From NCBI GenBank assembly GCA_964016885.1, contig OZ024743.1, forward strand, positions 241,800,001 through 241,864,000: DNA of 64,000 nucleotides. The letters run 5' to 3'. The notes beneath the pieces are model-generated. The model did not search any database, was not told where the DNA came from, and was given only the letters and a program-made list of their open reading frames with translations. The DNA comes from Eledone cirrhosa. Lineage: Eukaryota. Of the stretch, positions 12,496 to 25,254 are shown piece by piece (the stretch's first letter is position 1; each line of letters opens with the position of its first letter). The translations under genes were made by a program, and so were the position numbers.

Positions 12496-12663
12496 AAAAT
12501 GTTTAACACCAACAGCAGAGCTTAAGCCGTTTCAACGGCTATTTATGGCTTGAGCTCTGCCGTCCAGGTTGAACATTTTCCTATTACCCACTCTACTACC
12601 CTAAGTATTGAGTACTCTGGTGCGTTATGGTCCATCTAGTTCCTTACCACACTTCCTTCGTTA
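12493..12663 (+). mobile_element. Short (TA)n-embedded repeat 'family A' with an inverted 5' part
   Basis: Homologous to 16530-16725, 21016-21155, 30362-30502 and 40581-40706. The 5' part 12493-12545 is an inverted copy. Confidence 0.75.
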
Positions 12664-12686
12664 TATATGTATATATATATATATAT

Positions 12687-12824
12687 AAGTGGTTACACAA
12701 CAGTTAGTTCACCAAACCGAGCTCGGTATGGTGAACTAACTGTTGTGTAACCACTTCTACCTAACTCGTCCCATGGATTGAGTGCTCTACCACTACGGAT
12801 ATTACCTTCCAGTGTACTACCACT
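12687..12824 (+). mobile_element. Short foldback element (about 35 bp arms centred on ccgagctcgg) with a 3' extension, in (TA)n
   Basis: aagtggttacacaacagttagttcacca ... tggtgaactaactgttgtgtaaccactt. Confidence 0.7.
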
Positions 12825-12893
12825 ATATATATATATATGTATCTATAATCATATGTGTATGTGTATATATATGTATGTGTATATATGTATATA

Positions 12894-12968
<75 letters not shown>

Positions 12969-13009
12969 ATATATATATATATATATGTGTATATATATAT
13001 ATATATTTA

Positions 13010-13215
13010 TGTGAGAAAAGCCACAGACCCTCCATCTCAACTCACCTTTTGAAAAGCAGAAGAACTGCGAAACCGGTAAAGGAACCAAATAAATATATAT
13101 ATATATTTTTTTTAAATAAGACTCCAGTTGCATTTTCGATTTCATCTCTTTTTCTTTATACTTTCACTCGTGTAGGACACCTCGGTTATTTTTCATTTTG
13201 TAAAAAAAACCTCAC

Positions 13216-13222
<7 letters not shown>
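13010..13222 (-). mobile_element. Terminal fragment of the Helitron-like element at 1168-3172
   Basis: Near-identical to 2964-3172. Confidence 0.75.
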
Positions 13223-13257
<35 letters not shown>

Positions 13258-13258
<1 letters not shown>

Positions 13259-13440
13259 ATTGTTTCTACTTTTGGCACAGGCCAGCAATTACCAAGTGCA
13301 TTAGTGGTACTTTATTTTATCGACCCCGTAAGGATGAAAGGCAAAGTTAACCTCTGCGGGATTTGAACTCAGAATGGCAAGGGCCGTAACTCTATGCGTC
13401 AAAGTATGGCGTCCGACCCTCTACCGATACTGCCAATCCA
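13258..13440 (-). mobile_element. tRNA-derived CORE-type SINE
   Basis: A box tggcagtatcgg, B box gttcaaatcc, CORE-like gcctttcatccttacggggtcgataaaataaagtacc. Confidence 0.88.
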
Positions 13441-13443
13441 ATG

Positions 13444-13570
<127 letters not shown>

Positions 13571-14337
13571 TATACACATAGACATACACACATATATATT
13601 TGTATATATATTTATATATACATGTATACATATATATGCGTGTATATATATGTGCTTGTGTATGTATATATGTATGAATACCTGTCTATATGTATGTATG
13701 AATATGTATATACATGTGTGTGTACAATATATTTATATATATTCAATAAAGCTTATGTGTGTGCGTAAATGTTTCCGTTATTCTTCTGTTTTCATTCTTA
13801 AACATTATTACATATATTTCTTCTTTGTTATCTTTTGTAATCGTTTTTTTTATCTTTTTTTATTTTTTGAAAACAGTTATTTCTCTTAAAAGTTATCTTT
13901 TTTTTATCTTCGTTTCTCATTTTTTTTTTACAGCCTTCTCTTCCAAAAACCTTTGTCTGTATGTTTACTAGCGGTACCATTGATTCCATGCAATGATCTA
14001 TGACAATGTCACCAATAAACATTTCATACGGTGGTGTAAAAGGCTTCAGTTTTGAATCATAACCCATTAAAAACGATCAGTCAGAAGCGTTAGATAACTT
14101 ATCGGGAAGAGCCGTTCGTTCCAGTGGCTTTTAACTCATAGCTCTTATTGCCTACCTCTTAGCTCACCTCTACATCTCTCCTTCTCTACAACGGAACACG
14201 CCAGCCAGCGCACATATAAACTATATAATATGCGAACCATAAACGGCAACCTATAATCAATTTACTTACGAACCGTATATTCGTATGTACGTACGTAAGC
14301 GTGGAAGTATATGATAAGGATAAACACACACACACAC

Positions 14338-14380
<43 letters not shown>

Positions 14381-14527
14381 TGTGTGTGTGTCCATATATA
14401 TATCATATATATATATTAAATACATTAATGCTCCATCAAATTTATTACACACATACGCATACTCAACCAATCACACGCACTCACACACACGGTTCTCACA
14501 TATATGTATATATATATATATATATAT

Positions 14528-14570
<43 letters not shown>

Positions 14571-15029
14571 TGACCATAAACGATAAAACATGGGGTTTAC
14601 AGTGTTGTTTAAATACGAACTGGTTGACTGAATGTCTTACAGACGACACTATAGAAAACTATCGATTAAGTAGAAAGATATCAGGAAAGTTCACACACAC
14701 ACAGACGCATATATACATATATATGTATGTATATATATATATATATGTGTGTGTGTCGTGGTGTGTATGTATGGGTGAGAGTGGGTGTATGAGGAGTGTA
14801 TTCATGTGTGTGTATATGTGTGTGCACAAGTAAGTTACAGTGCTGACCACCTCGTAGGACAACGGCCTTCTAACTCCAGCATATAGTCCAGCATTGAGAT
14901 GTACTCAGGGTCTCGCTAAAATATTGGAACTACTGTATTTTGGTTCAATACCCACCACTCTATTCTTCATGGGACCAAGTTCTTTTTTTTTAAGTTGCCG
15001 TTGTTGTCTGTTTTTGTTGTAATTGTTGC

Positions 15030-15066
<37 letters not shown>

Positions 15067-15184
15067 GGCGTCGTTGTTGTTGTAGAGCATCGAATTTCTT
15101 CTGGTTCATTGCGCTGAGGTCAATTTTGCCTCTCATCATTTCGAGGTCAATAAAATAAAGTACAGGTCCAGTACAGAAGTTTAT

Positions 15185-15261
<77 letters not shown>

Positions 15262-15285
15262 CTATCTATCTATCTATCTATCTCC

Positions 15286-15334
<49 letters not shown>

Positions 15335-15484
15335 ACTCTCTTTCTCTCCCACTCTCACCTACTTCACCCTTCCAGTGTCGACAAAATAATATACCAGTGA
15401 AGTACTGGCGTTTATTTAATCAACTTCGCCATTCCCAAAGCATTTGCTGACATTTGGCCTAAATTCAATATTTTCTGTAGCGTA

Positions 15485-15660
15485 TGGGCTGTGGCTGGAA
15501 GAATTGGTAGAGTCTCGGATAAAATACCATTACGGTATTTTTTCTGGCTCTTTATTTCTGAGTTCAAAGCCCACCGAGGTCAGTTTTCTCTCCCATCAAT
15601 CACAGGAGGTAAAAATGAAGTAACAGTCAAGAACCGGGGTTAATTTAATCAACGTTACTT
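15485..15660 (+). mobile_element. Diverged CORE-type SINE
   Basis: ctgagttcaaagcccaccgaggtcag plus a degenerate CORE. Smaller fragments at about 15100-15180 and 15360-15430. Confidence 0.6.
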
Positions 15661-16150
15661 TTTCTTTCAAAGTTTACTGTCGCTCTGTCTAACATAAAAA
15701 TCAATAGTTTATGTCAGGTAATATTTGTAGTTATTGTATGTTGTTGGCATTTAATTCTGTTTTAATTTGACTTTTCCTCAATAGATGTTTTATTAGTTTT
15801 CTTAAGGAGTAACAATTTATTTTATATTATACTCAGTAGAATTATTGAGCTTCAGCATTTTATAGAATATCAAAAAGAGGCCGATGTCTTTTGTGGATTG
15901 TTTGAGCTTTAGATAACATGCTTTATCTTCTGGCTCTATGTTAACTGGAGTTAAAACAATGAAAATCAATTAAAATGATATACACATATATATATATATA
16001 TATATGTATGTATATGTGTGTGTGTGTATGTGTGTATACATGAATATATATATATGTGTATAAGTATATACATATATGTATATATAATTATATATATATG
16101 TGTGTGTGTCCATATACTTGTTTCCCTGTGGTTGGGCGATGATATACTAC

Positions 16151-16197
16151 ACGCCTTCTGAAGAAGATCCAACTAGATCTGAAAATCCATTAACGTT
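16151..16197 (+). ncRNA. Degenerate minimal hammerhead motif
   Basis: CTGAAGA-agatc-caacta-gatct-GAAA-atccat-TA. Stem II is perfect; stem I pairs poorly. Confidence 0.45.
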
Positions 16198-16304
16198 GTT
16201 TATCATTTTCTCAATTTACAAAGAAATTCTTATTTTCTGGCTTGTTTACACGCCTATATACTTAATATGTATATATACATATTAAATATATAGGCGTGTA
16301 TATA

Positions 16305-16495
16305 TATATAGAAAGGCTTCTACAGGACTAGAACTGTTTCATTCATGAAACATCATCAGGAAGCTTCCTGGTGATTTCTCATGAATGAAACAGTTATAGT
16401 CCTGTAGAAACTTTTCTATATTAAATATTTATACCCTGCTTTGTATTGAGTACCTTACTTACTGTGGTTACCCCCGATTGAACCGGGGATAAACT
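16305..16495. mobile_element. Foldback element made of two divergent hammerhead motifs
   Basis: Centre ggaagcttcc (16359-16368). The minus arm reads gcttc-CTGATGA-tgtttcatgaat-GAAA-cag-ttctagtc-ctg-TA-gaagc; the plus arm has CTGGTGA...GAAAcag...ctgTA. Confidence 0.65.
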
Positions 16496-16529
16496 TATAT
16501 ATATATATATGTATTGTGTGTGTGTGTCT

Positions 16530-16725
16530 GTGAAAAGATTCAGGTTCCGACGGTTGAGTTCCGGCCGTTTCGACAGTTAGATCCAACAGTTCGGATCTAG
16601 CTGTTGAAACAGCCAGAGCTCAGCGTTCGGGGTCCTTAATCTTTTCATATTACCCACTCTACTACCCCAAGTATCGAGTACTTTGGTGGGTTTTGTTCTA
16701 CCTGGTTTTTATCACATCCTATCGA
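16530..16725 (+). mobile_element. Older family A copy with an inverted 5' half
   Basis: Palindrome centred near tagatcc...ggatcta; 3' body homologous to 12570-12660. Confidence 0.65.
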
Positions 16726-17039
16726 CAGACTTATTGAGTATTTTGGACAGTGTTTTGTCAATTACACTAAAACCGAGCACCAATAATTGTGATTTAGACC
16801 CAGGTTATGCTTACTCGAGTAGACTTGGGGTTATTATAGCCATTACCAAACAGTCATGTTAATCAACTATGCCAATATACTCCTACGTATGCCTTCATCG
16901 TTTTATAAGAGTAGCCGGTTATTTTAGTAAGATATGGCTGCTATTTCTAGCCGGTCAAGTGACCACATAGAGGTTCACTCCATTGATTCACACAGCACGA
17001 GTTTTCTAGGATTATATATATTTTTTCGTCTTTAGTTAA

Positions 17040-17345
17040 GAATTTAAAATGCTTCAAGCGACCCACAATAGTAAGGTCACGAGTTCTATTACCGGCTGCG
17101 CATTGTGTCCTTGAGCAAGAAACATTATTTCACGTTGCACCAATCCACTCAGCTGGCAAAAATCTATCTATAAACTAAAGGGTCATTATCCTCACGTTTT
17201 TCACGCTAGATCTCCTTGAAACTTACCTTTATGGTAAACGTGTGTGAGGAATGCCCAGCCACTTGCACGTAAAATTTACGACCACCCGGCTGCTCCAATG
17301 TTCAATCAACAAGAACACTCGTCGTTAAAGCCGACGAAGGTCCAC
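17040..17345 (+). mobile_element. tRNA-derived SINE of a second family
   Basis: aaggtcacgagttcta B-box-like segment followed by ttgtgtccttgagcaag...ccactcagctg, a conserved central-domain motif of non-CORE metazoan SINEs. The exact superfamily is not assignable by eye. Confidence 0.55.
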
Positions 17346-17499
17346 TACACACATCGTACTCTACGGTGGCGGTTATTTTCGTTATCCTAAACACTAACCA
17401 TAAATCATGTGTGGCTTTTACATAATTCTCCATAGATTTGTCTGACTCGATGGCGTTTAGAAATAAAATTCAGATAATTTACATCTCTCTCCCCCACTC

Positions 17500-17530
<31 letters not shown>

Positions 17531-17639
17531 CCTCTCTCTCTCCTTCTCTCTCCCTTTCTCTCTCTATCTCTCCTTATCTACGTATTTTCCTTTTTATCTC
17601 TTTCTCTCTCTCTCTTTCTCATTATATCTCTTCTTTTGC

Positions 17640-17832
17640 GTATATATGTGTGTGTGTGTTTGTGTATTATGTATGCATATATAATATATATATGTGTGTG
17701 TGTGTGTGTTTGTGTATTATGTATGCATATATAATATATATATGTGTGTGTGTGTGTGTTTGTGTATTATGTATGCATATATAATATACATATATATATA
17801 TATATGTGTGTGTGTTTGTGTATTATGTATCC

Positions 17833-17873
<41 letters not shown>

Positions 17874-17897
17874 TTGTGTATTATGTATCCATATATA

Positions 17898-17931
<34 letters not shown>

Positions 17932-17955
17932 TTGTGTATTATGTATATATATAAT
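17640..17955. repeat. Minisatellite, ~40-47 bp unit built from (TG)n-tttgtgtattatgtatgcatatataa-(TA)n, about 7 copies
   Basis: Direct reading. Confidence 0.85.
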
Positions 17956-18343
17956 TCAACTCTCTTTCCTTGTTTGGCTCTCAGTTGCTATCTGTGTCTA
18001 AATTCGGATTGCTGAATACAATACCTTTATTTACGTAACATATCTACATGCTCATATACTTACAGTAACATACACACACACAAACACACACAAACATACA
18101 CGGACACACATATATACACAGAGACACAGATACACACAAAAAGTCAAACACACACACTCGAGCATAAAGACACACGCATATTCATTCATCAAGCTGCTAC
18201 TATGTCTTTCTTTCTGTTACTCTCTACTTATCAAATTATACGTATGTATACTTGCGTGTATATATATGTGTGTGCGTGTGTCTGTGTGTGTCTGCGTGTG
18301 CGCGCACTTACACACACACACACCTACCCAAACATACGCCTAT

Positions 18344-18404
<61 letters not shown>

Positions 18405-19075
18405 ATCTATCTTTCTATATATCTGCCTATCAGTCTGTTTGGCTACATGGTTGTCTGTCTATTTGTCTGTTTACCTAAATGCTTATCTCCCCTCCTTTCT
18501 CATTATATATACACATATCTCTCTATATAAATACATACATATATATGTGTGTGTGTGTGGGGGGGGGGGGTCTATTTAGTATGCATGCATGTATATATTT
18601 TCGTTAGCTATTCACATCATTATGTGGCTATCAATCTCTCTATCTATCAATTTCCTTCTCGTTGTCTTCAGAAATTAACGATTTAAGATCTCTGCAAGTG
18701 ACACCTGTTTAAATTGCTTATCGATCTCCTCAGAGCAAAATCTATGGGAAGTTCGTTTCTTTGTAGACACACTAACACAAACCAAGGGAGGAAACATTAA
18801 ACTCGGCTCTACTATTGTGTTGTCGCTTCACTAGGCTCCATTCCTTTTCTTCTTCTGTTCAGCGTCAAAATTGCTTACCCATCGAGACAAAGAAAAATGA
18901 TTACAGAAAACTAGACTTTCAAATCACTTCAGTTGACTAAGCACACGCATACAGGCACACTGACACACACACATACACACATACACACATACACACATAC
19001 ATACATACATACATACATATAGACAAACATAAACGTACATACATTTAGATGTTCATATATCTATCTATCTATCTA

Positions 19076-19133
<58 letters not shown>

Positions 19134-19150
19134 TATATAATGTATATATT

Positions 19151-19211
<61 letters not shown>

Positions 19212-20385
19212 CATAATATATTTTCTGCTTGTGCTGTTTGTTTATGCATAATGCCAATTTTCCACATATTTTTTATCAATAATATATTTATTACCAGAGC
19301 ATTGTCAAGAGCGATCAATCTGAGTGCTTGAATGAAACGGCGCTTAATAATACGTCTATGAAATATATGGACTAGATTCCGACGTTATGCACCAACTCTG
19401 CTCCTTAATGTCCCATATCAAACGATAAGTGTTTTAATATTTGTAATTTCGTTTATTTCTCATCGTTTATTAGGTCAATGAAAGCGAATTGGCAATGTCT
19501 ATAGTACGTCCAATTGAATGTTTTATTGTATTCGTTCCGGCTCAATGCACTTTGTGTGTTCAAATCCCACAAATTCAAGGTCTATGAAAAATGTACCAAT
19601 CCAGTGCTGGGGTCAATATCTACTCTAAATTACATTCTCACTTCCTCACAACCGCTTTGGTCAGAATCGGCTATGGTCAGAAATTACGTGTCCATACATA
19701 TCTACATTAGGTCAATGAAAATATTTCACTGCATCTGATAATGCACTGAAATTGAATGCGTAACAAGGTACCTGTAGTATAACAAAACATTGTTTCCTAA
19801 AGTCAGTTCCGAAGAGCAGCATGGTTCCGCAAATATGTCCACACCAGATAAGAGGACTTATAATTTGACTTAAATTCTTTCTCTAAAATGTTTTGCTTCA
19901 TGTAATGTCTTGTTATAATTAAGACTGCGGAGATTGTCCGTAAAATATAGGAATAGATTCAGCTTTGTTTGAAAATCGTATAAGGGTTCTGAGACGAAAT
20001 AAGTTTAAAAACCACTGCAATAATATATATATACGCAAGTGAATGGGAACGTAACAGTTTTTTTTCATTATTAATATTGTGTCTTTCAACCGCTAATATA
20101 ACACAATACACAAGTATTTTAATAATTGCATTAACAATATTTAAGGCTGGTTTATATTAATAAATTTGACACAGTATTAAACTATACATCATAATATTGC
20201 ACTCGTGTGGCCTCTGCTTGTAGTGCGGTTGCATAATTGAATGCAATATATCATTATTTTAATACATTAATAAATATCTGGCCTCGCAACATGACAATGT
20301 ATAGAGAAGCGTGTTGGTTAACTGACTTCTATTGTATGTCACATATATTCTCTATTGCATTTTGTTACACACACATATACATATG

Positions 20386-20417
<32 letters not shown>

Positions 20418-20950
20418 TATATATATATATATATTTTTTTTTCAAAGGGAAAGTAAGATTCTATACAAAACAGTGGTTATAGAGAAAATGTGAAATTGGA
20501 AATATGACAGAAAATATATGTAAGGGTCTGTTTTTCTTCTTTTTTATTCCTTTCTTTGATTTTATTGAGAAAATGAGATGGACACTTCTTCTAAAAAGAG
20601 TTTTATAATGTATATAAAGTATATAAAGTATTACCAGTCTCCTTCTCAAGTAGGAAGGTGAAAGAAACTTGCCTCAACACTTCATTTTAAATCTTTAATT
20701 TTTAGTTTTTAATTCTTATTAATTCTTTTTGATTGAAATACTCAACATTTGATGAGATGGATTTTACTAATATATTGAAACAGGTAATATACTTTATATA
20801 CATTATAAACATTTATATACATTATAAAACTCTTTAAGAAGTAATTGTCCCTCTCATTTTTTCAATAATGTCACTTTGACGAATCAAAGAAAGGAAAAAA
20901 AGAAGAGAAAAACAGCCCCTTAAATATACTTTCCGTGTTATTTTCATTGT

Positions 20951-21000
<50 letters not shown>

Positions 21001-21015
21001 ATATATATATATATA

Positions 21016-21155
21016 TAACGAAGGAAATGTGGTAAGGAACCAGATGGACCATAACGCACCAAAGTACTCAATACTTAGGGTAGTATAGTGGGTAATAGGA
21101 ACGAGTAGGACCCCGACGGCTGAGCTCAAGCCGTTTCGACGGCTAATTCTGGACA
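21016..21155 (-). mobile_element. Family A copy carrying the 3' half of a hammerhead
   Basis: Minus strand reads tagccgtc-GAAA-cggct-tgagctc-agccG-TC-gggg; (TA)n flanks. Confidence 0.75.
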
Positions 21156-21240
21156 AAATTTAGTCCATATATATATATATATATATATATATAGTCAAAC
21201 AGAAATAACAAAGCAAACGACACAGTACAATGAAGAAATA

Positions 21241-21427
21241 GTGGATTGGCAGTATCGGTAGAGGGTCGGACGCCATGCTTTGCAGCATAGAGTTACGGCC
21301 CTTTATGATCCGAGTTCAAATCCAGCCGAGGTTAACTTTGCCTTTCATCCTTACGGGGTCGTTAAAATAAAGTACCAGTAATGTACTGGGATAATTGCTG
21401 GCCTTGTGCCAAAAGTAGAAACAATTG
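21241..21427 (+). mobile_element. CORE-type SINE
   Basis: A/B boxes, CORE segment and agtagaaacaatt end. Confidence 0.9.
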
Positions 21428-21429
21428 TT

Positions 21430-23370
21430 AGTGTTACGCTTGATATAGTATACAGGACTACAGTTCTGTTTACTGCGCACTTCATATCCAGTTTCAAACC
21501 CCTTTCATTCTATATTCGCTTGTGAAATCTACCATACGAAGCACTTGCCTTATTGAGACTACTACCAAGATAAGTGAAAGAGTCAACATTGTTAAGGTCA
21601 TTGTCGCTGATCTTTATTTCAGGCATGTTTGCTGGTGAAGCCTTTGCAGGTTGAAATATCTCTTCAGTCTTCTTGATGCTTATTTTGAGTTCATAGCGCT
21701 TAGTGGCCGCACACTGTAATCTGTAAGTGCTTGAAGATCAATTTCGGAGTGGTGAACGATGGCAAATTGTCAGCACACAGGACGTCCCAAACATGTGGTT
21801 TAGTGACTTTCGTCTTTTCCTTCTGGCGTTGAGTATTGAAGATACAGATATCTGTCCTGTATGTGATCTGGATACCTGAATCTGAATCCTTAAAGAGAAA
21901 AACATTATTTAAAGAAGGATTTCGGGTTTCGGCATCCGGTGGCTGGTCTACTAACTTTTTTAGGGCGGTGGATTGGCAGTATCGGTAGAGGGTCGGACGC
22001 CATGCTTTCCAGCATAGTTACGTCCCTTTACGATCTGAGTTCAAATACCGCCGAGGTTGACTTTGCCTTTCATCCTTACGTGGTCGATAAAATAAAGTAC
22101 CAGTAATGCACTGGGTAATTGCTGGCCTTGTGCCTAAAGTAGAAACAATTATTTAAAGAAGGAAGCTGAAGAGTGTTGGAGCAAGAACACATCCTTGCTT
22201 GACACTGTTAGTGATGGGGAAGTCATCATCTTCACTGCCCGTGACTAATGTTGCATTCATACCATCATGAAAGTACCTGATTATTTTTACCATCTTGGGA
22301 GGGATTTCATTGCGGGGAAGTATGTTCTACAGTCCTGGGCAGGACACTGGACCGAACAACTTGGAGAGGTTGACAAAGAGGATGTAGAGTTTCATATTTT
22401 GCTCCTTAAATTTCTTTTCGATCTGTCTTGCGGTGAATATCATGTCGACTGTACCTCTCTTCTGGCGAAAGCCATAGTCTTATGGTACTGTCTCATCAAA
22501 TGAATGACCTTGCAGAGGATCTTGCTTGCAATTCCCCAAAAAGAGATCTCACGATAGCTGTCAAAGGTGGACTTGTCACCTTTGCCTTTGTACAGGTGCA
22601 CTAGTCTGGTATCTTTCAGATCTTGGGGTAAACAGACATCATCCTAGCACGCAAAGAAGAACTCAGAAACCTCTGTCTCAGCAAATACCACCTACTTTGA
22701 AAACCTCAGATGGGTTGCCATCGGAGCCTGCTGATCTACCACATTGCAACTCTGCAATTGCTTCTGTCATCTCGTCTTTCGTGGGTGGGTGGTTGATGTC
22801 TCATTATCAATGAGGAGCTCCCCCTGCAAGTTCTGGGTTGTGGCTGCACTTCTCTGTGTTGACCCATACATCTCTCTCAAGCTGGAATAGAAGAGCTTGG
22901 CATGTTTTGAGTCAGCATAACCCTGGATCTTCCCCGCCTTTGTTTCCACCATAAAGGGAGCCTCATAGTCATAATTCTGTCATTGTTGCCCTGGGGTTAT
23001 GACTCATGTTGAGAGACGAGAGGACAGCCTACTGCGAAGTAAACACCTTCCTTCACTCCTTTCAGCTTTGCGAACTGACCAGTATATTGTATATCCTGAT
23101 CCAACCTCCCTTAATTGATTCCTGTCTGAAAATATTGTCCCGTTGACAACAGCAATATCAACTTTGTATCTTTGTGGTTTTCGTGTTTCCAAGGCCGTTC
23201 TTCTTTCTGGTCGGTTGGCCTCTTTTCGATCTAGGAAAGTTTGCGTCAAACAGTAGCTTTGCGGTCCGTTTCCGTTGGGGGTAGCCTGACCGAACCCAGA
23301 GATTCCTAGCACTCTCTGATCTTTTCCCTGTCTGTCCGCTGCATTGGCCAATGGTTACAGAGCCGCATGT
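21430..23370 (-). mobile_element. Degraded RTE-clade LINE (APE + RT) with multiple deletions
   Basis: RPERRTAL...YKVDIA...QLREVGSGYTIYWS (APE start); VKQGCVLAPTLFS (RT motif, about 22165-22205). The 5' end lies next to (TATG)n. Confidence 0.8.
21920..22147 (+). mobile_element. CORE-type SINE inserted into the RTE RT region, with a 16 bp TSD
   Basis: TSD attatttaaagaagga at 21904-21919 and 22148-22163; the tRNA head starts at about 21964. Confidence 0.9.
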
Positions 23371-23401
23371 ACATACATATACATACATCATACCCACGCA
23401 C

Positions 23402-23520
23402 ACATACATACATACATACATACATACATACATACATGCATACATACATACATACATACATACATACATACATACATACATACATACATACATACATACA
23501 TACATACATACATACATACA

Positions 23521-23548
<28 letters not shown>
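23402..23548. repeat. (CATA)n microsatellite
   Basis: Direct reading. Confidence 0.97.
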
Positions 23549-23551
<3 letters not shown>

Positions 23552-23706
23552 TCGCATGTATTATTGATTCACGGAACATACTGTTTACACACCAGTTGTA
23601 ACTTCCTATTTAAAAATAACACGGACATTGGTGGATAAGTATACACATACTTATACTTATATACAAACAGACAGAGATACAGGGAGAGATAGCTATACAT
23701 ACATAC

Positions 23707-23707
<1 letters not shown>

Positions 23708-23737
<30 letters not shown>

Positions 23738-23766
23738 CAGGTAGATAGATAGATAGATAGATAGAC

Positions 23767-23834
<68 letters not shown>

Positions 23835-23846
23835 TATATAGATAGA
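23708..23846. repeat. (GATA)n microsatellite
   Basis: Direct reading. Confidence 0.97.
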
Positions 23847-24059
23847 TGGAGGGAGGGGGAGCTGATAAAGTTAGTTCGGTGCGTTATAAAACATTAATAA
23901 ATTGATACATTTTTAATGTAAATGAAATGAGGTATAACTATTTTGGTATTGTAATTACTTAATATCCACATTATAATTACAAAATAATTAAAAATCAAAT
24001 AGTTAATGAAAATACGAAACATAAAATATACAACAGTTAAACTTATGAATATACATATA

Positions 24060-24162
<103 letters not shown>

Positions 24163-24584
24163 CTCTGATACTGGTTCAGTCTGGTTCAAACTGAATTGGT
24201 CTGTCCCAGTCATTCATTGAGCAACATCGGTGAAGTTGGCACCCTTAACTCACAGTTGGGTGCGGATGCATTCATGTATATATGTGTGTGTCCGCATGTA
24301 TCTGTGTGTTTCTAAATGTATTAATAACTCCCTCTGGTCGAGCAATCTTTGAAGTGTGGGGACAACTGGAAAGCTTCCATTGCTCATACTTCTCGCCTTC
24401 TTCACTACCTCTTCTACGGTCTCGATATGAATACCCCCTCCGCCTCCGTGGTATTTTTTTCGTGGTTATAAGAGGCTTAGCTCTGTTTCTCGACCGTTAT
24501 ATCGCGTGACTATCTCCCCCTCCGCCTTTTGGGATTCTTTCTCACGTCGTGTAGACGCGTTCTTGAGACTAGTAAAATGAGGTA

Positions 24585-24672
24585 TCCTCTTGATAAGTCG
24601 GCAGACCTCGCAAGGACTCTATATCTTTGATATATTGTTTTTGTTTATGCCACGAAACTACGTAGTCGAGGA
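24585..24672 (+). ncRNA. Type I hammerhead motif with an extended stem II and a mutated core
   Basis: tcctc-TTGATAA-gtcggca...tgccac-GAAA-ctacgtag-TC-gagga: perfect stem I, palindromic stem III, GUC site; core differs from CTGATGA at 2 positions. Confidence 0.6.
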
Positions 24673-24770
24673 ATTTAGGAACAGTTTAGGTATGATACAT
24701 TTTATTACTAATTATATCTAAATGTTTCTTCTCTCTTCATAATGATATATATATATATATATATATATAT

Positions 24771-25096
24771 GCAAAAGTTTTATTTAAAATCGCTCTGTTG
24801 TTTTTCTTTACATACATCTCTTCATCTTCTTCTTTTTTATTTACATACATCTCTTCATCTTCTTCTTTTCATCTTCGTTTTTCTTTCTATATAACTGTCA
24901 TAACAGTTTCACTACCAAATCAACTTTTTAAATGGAAGTTGCATTATTATAAGGTATGTCAAAATTATTTATAAAACAGCTTATGTATTGTATTTTGTCT
25001 GAGGAAGGCATACCATATTTTTAATATGATATCCCATAAATATATATAACGAAATAAATATGGTTTTATAAATATAGTTTCCATTTGTTTAATATC

Positions 25097-25098
<2 letters not shown>
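24771..25098 (+). mobile_element. Extra partial pseudo-LTR copy of the Penelope-like element
   Basis: 24791-25098 matches 29936-30252; 24771-24790 is the reverse complement of the element end 30321-30340. Its hammerhead (24993-25054) has GAAA changed to TAAA. Confidence 0.85.
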
Positions 25099-25144
<46 letters not shown>

Positions 25145-25192
25145 GATATTAAACAAATGGAAACTATATTTATATTTATAAAACCATATTTA

Positions 25193-25254
25193 TTTCGTTA
25201 TATATATTTCTGGGATATCATATTAAAAATATGTTATGCCTTCCTCAGACAAAA
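25193..25254 (-). ncRNA. Hammerhead motif in the PLE pseudo-LTR (minus arm)
   Basis: Reverse complement of 30141-30202. Confidence 0.6.

Noticed and set aside
21241-21427. tRNA genes at the A/B-box sequences
   Set aside because: There is no full cloverleaf; these are SINE heads followed by a CORE domain.
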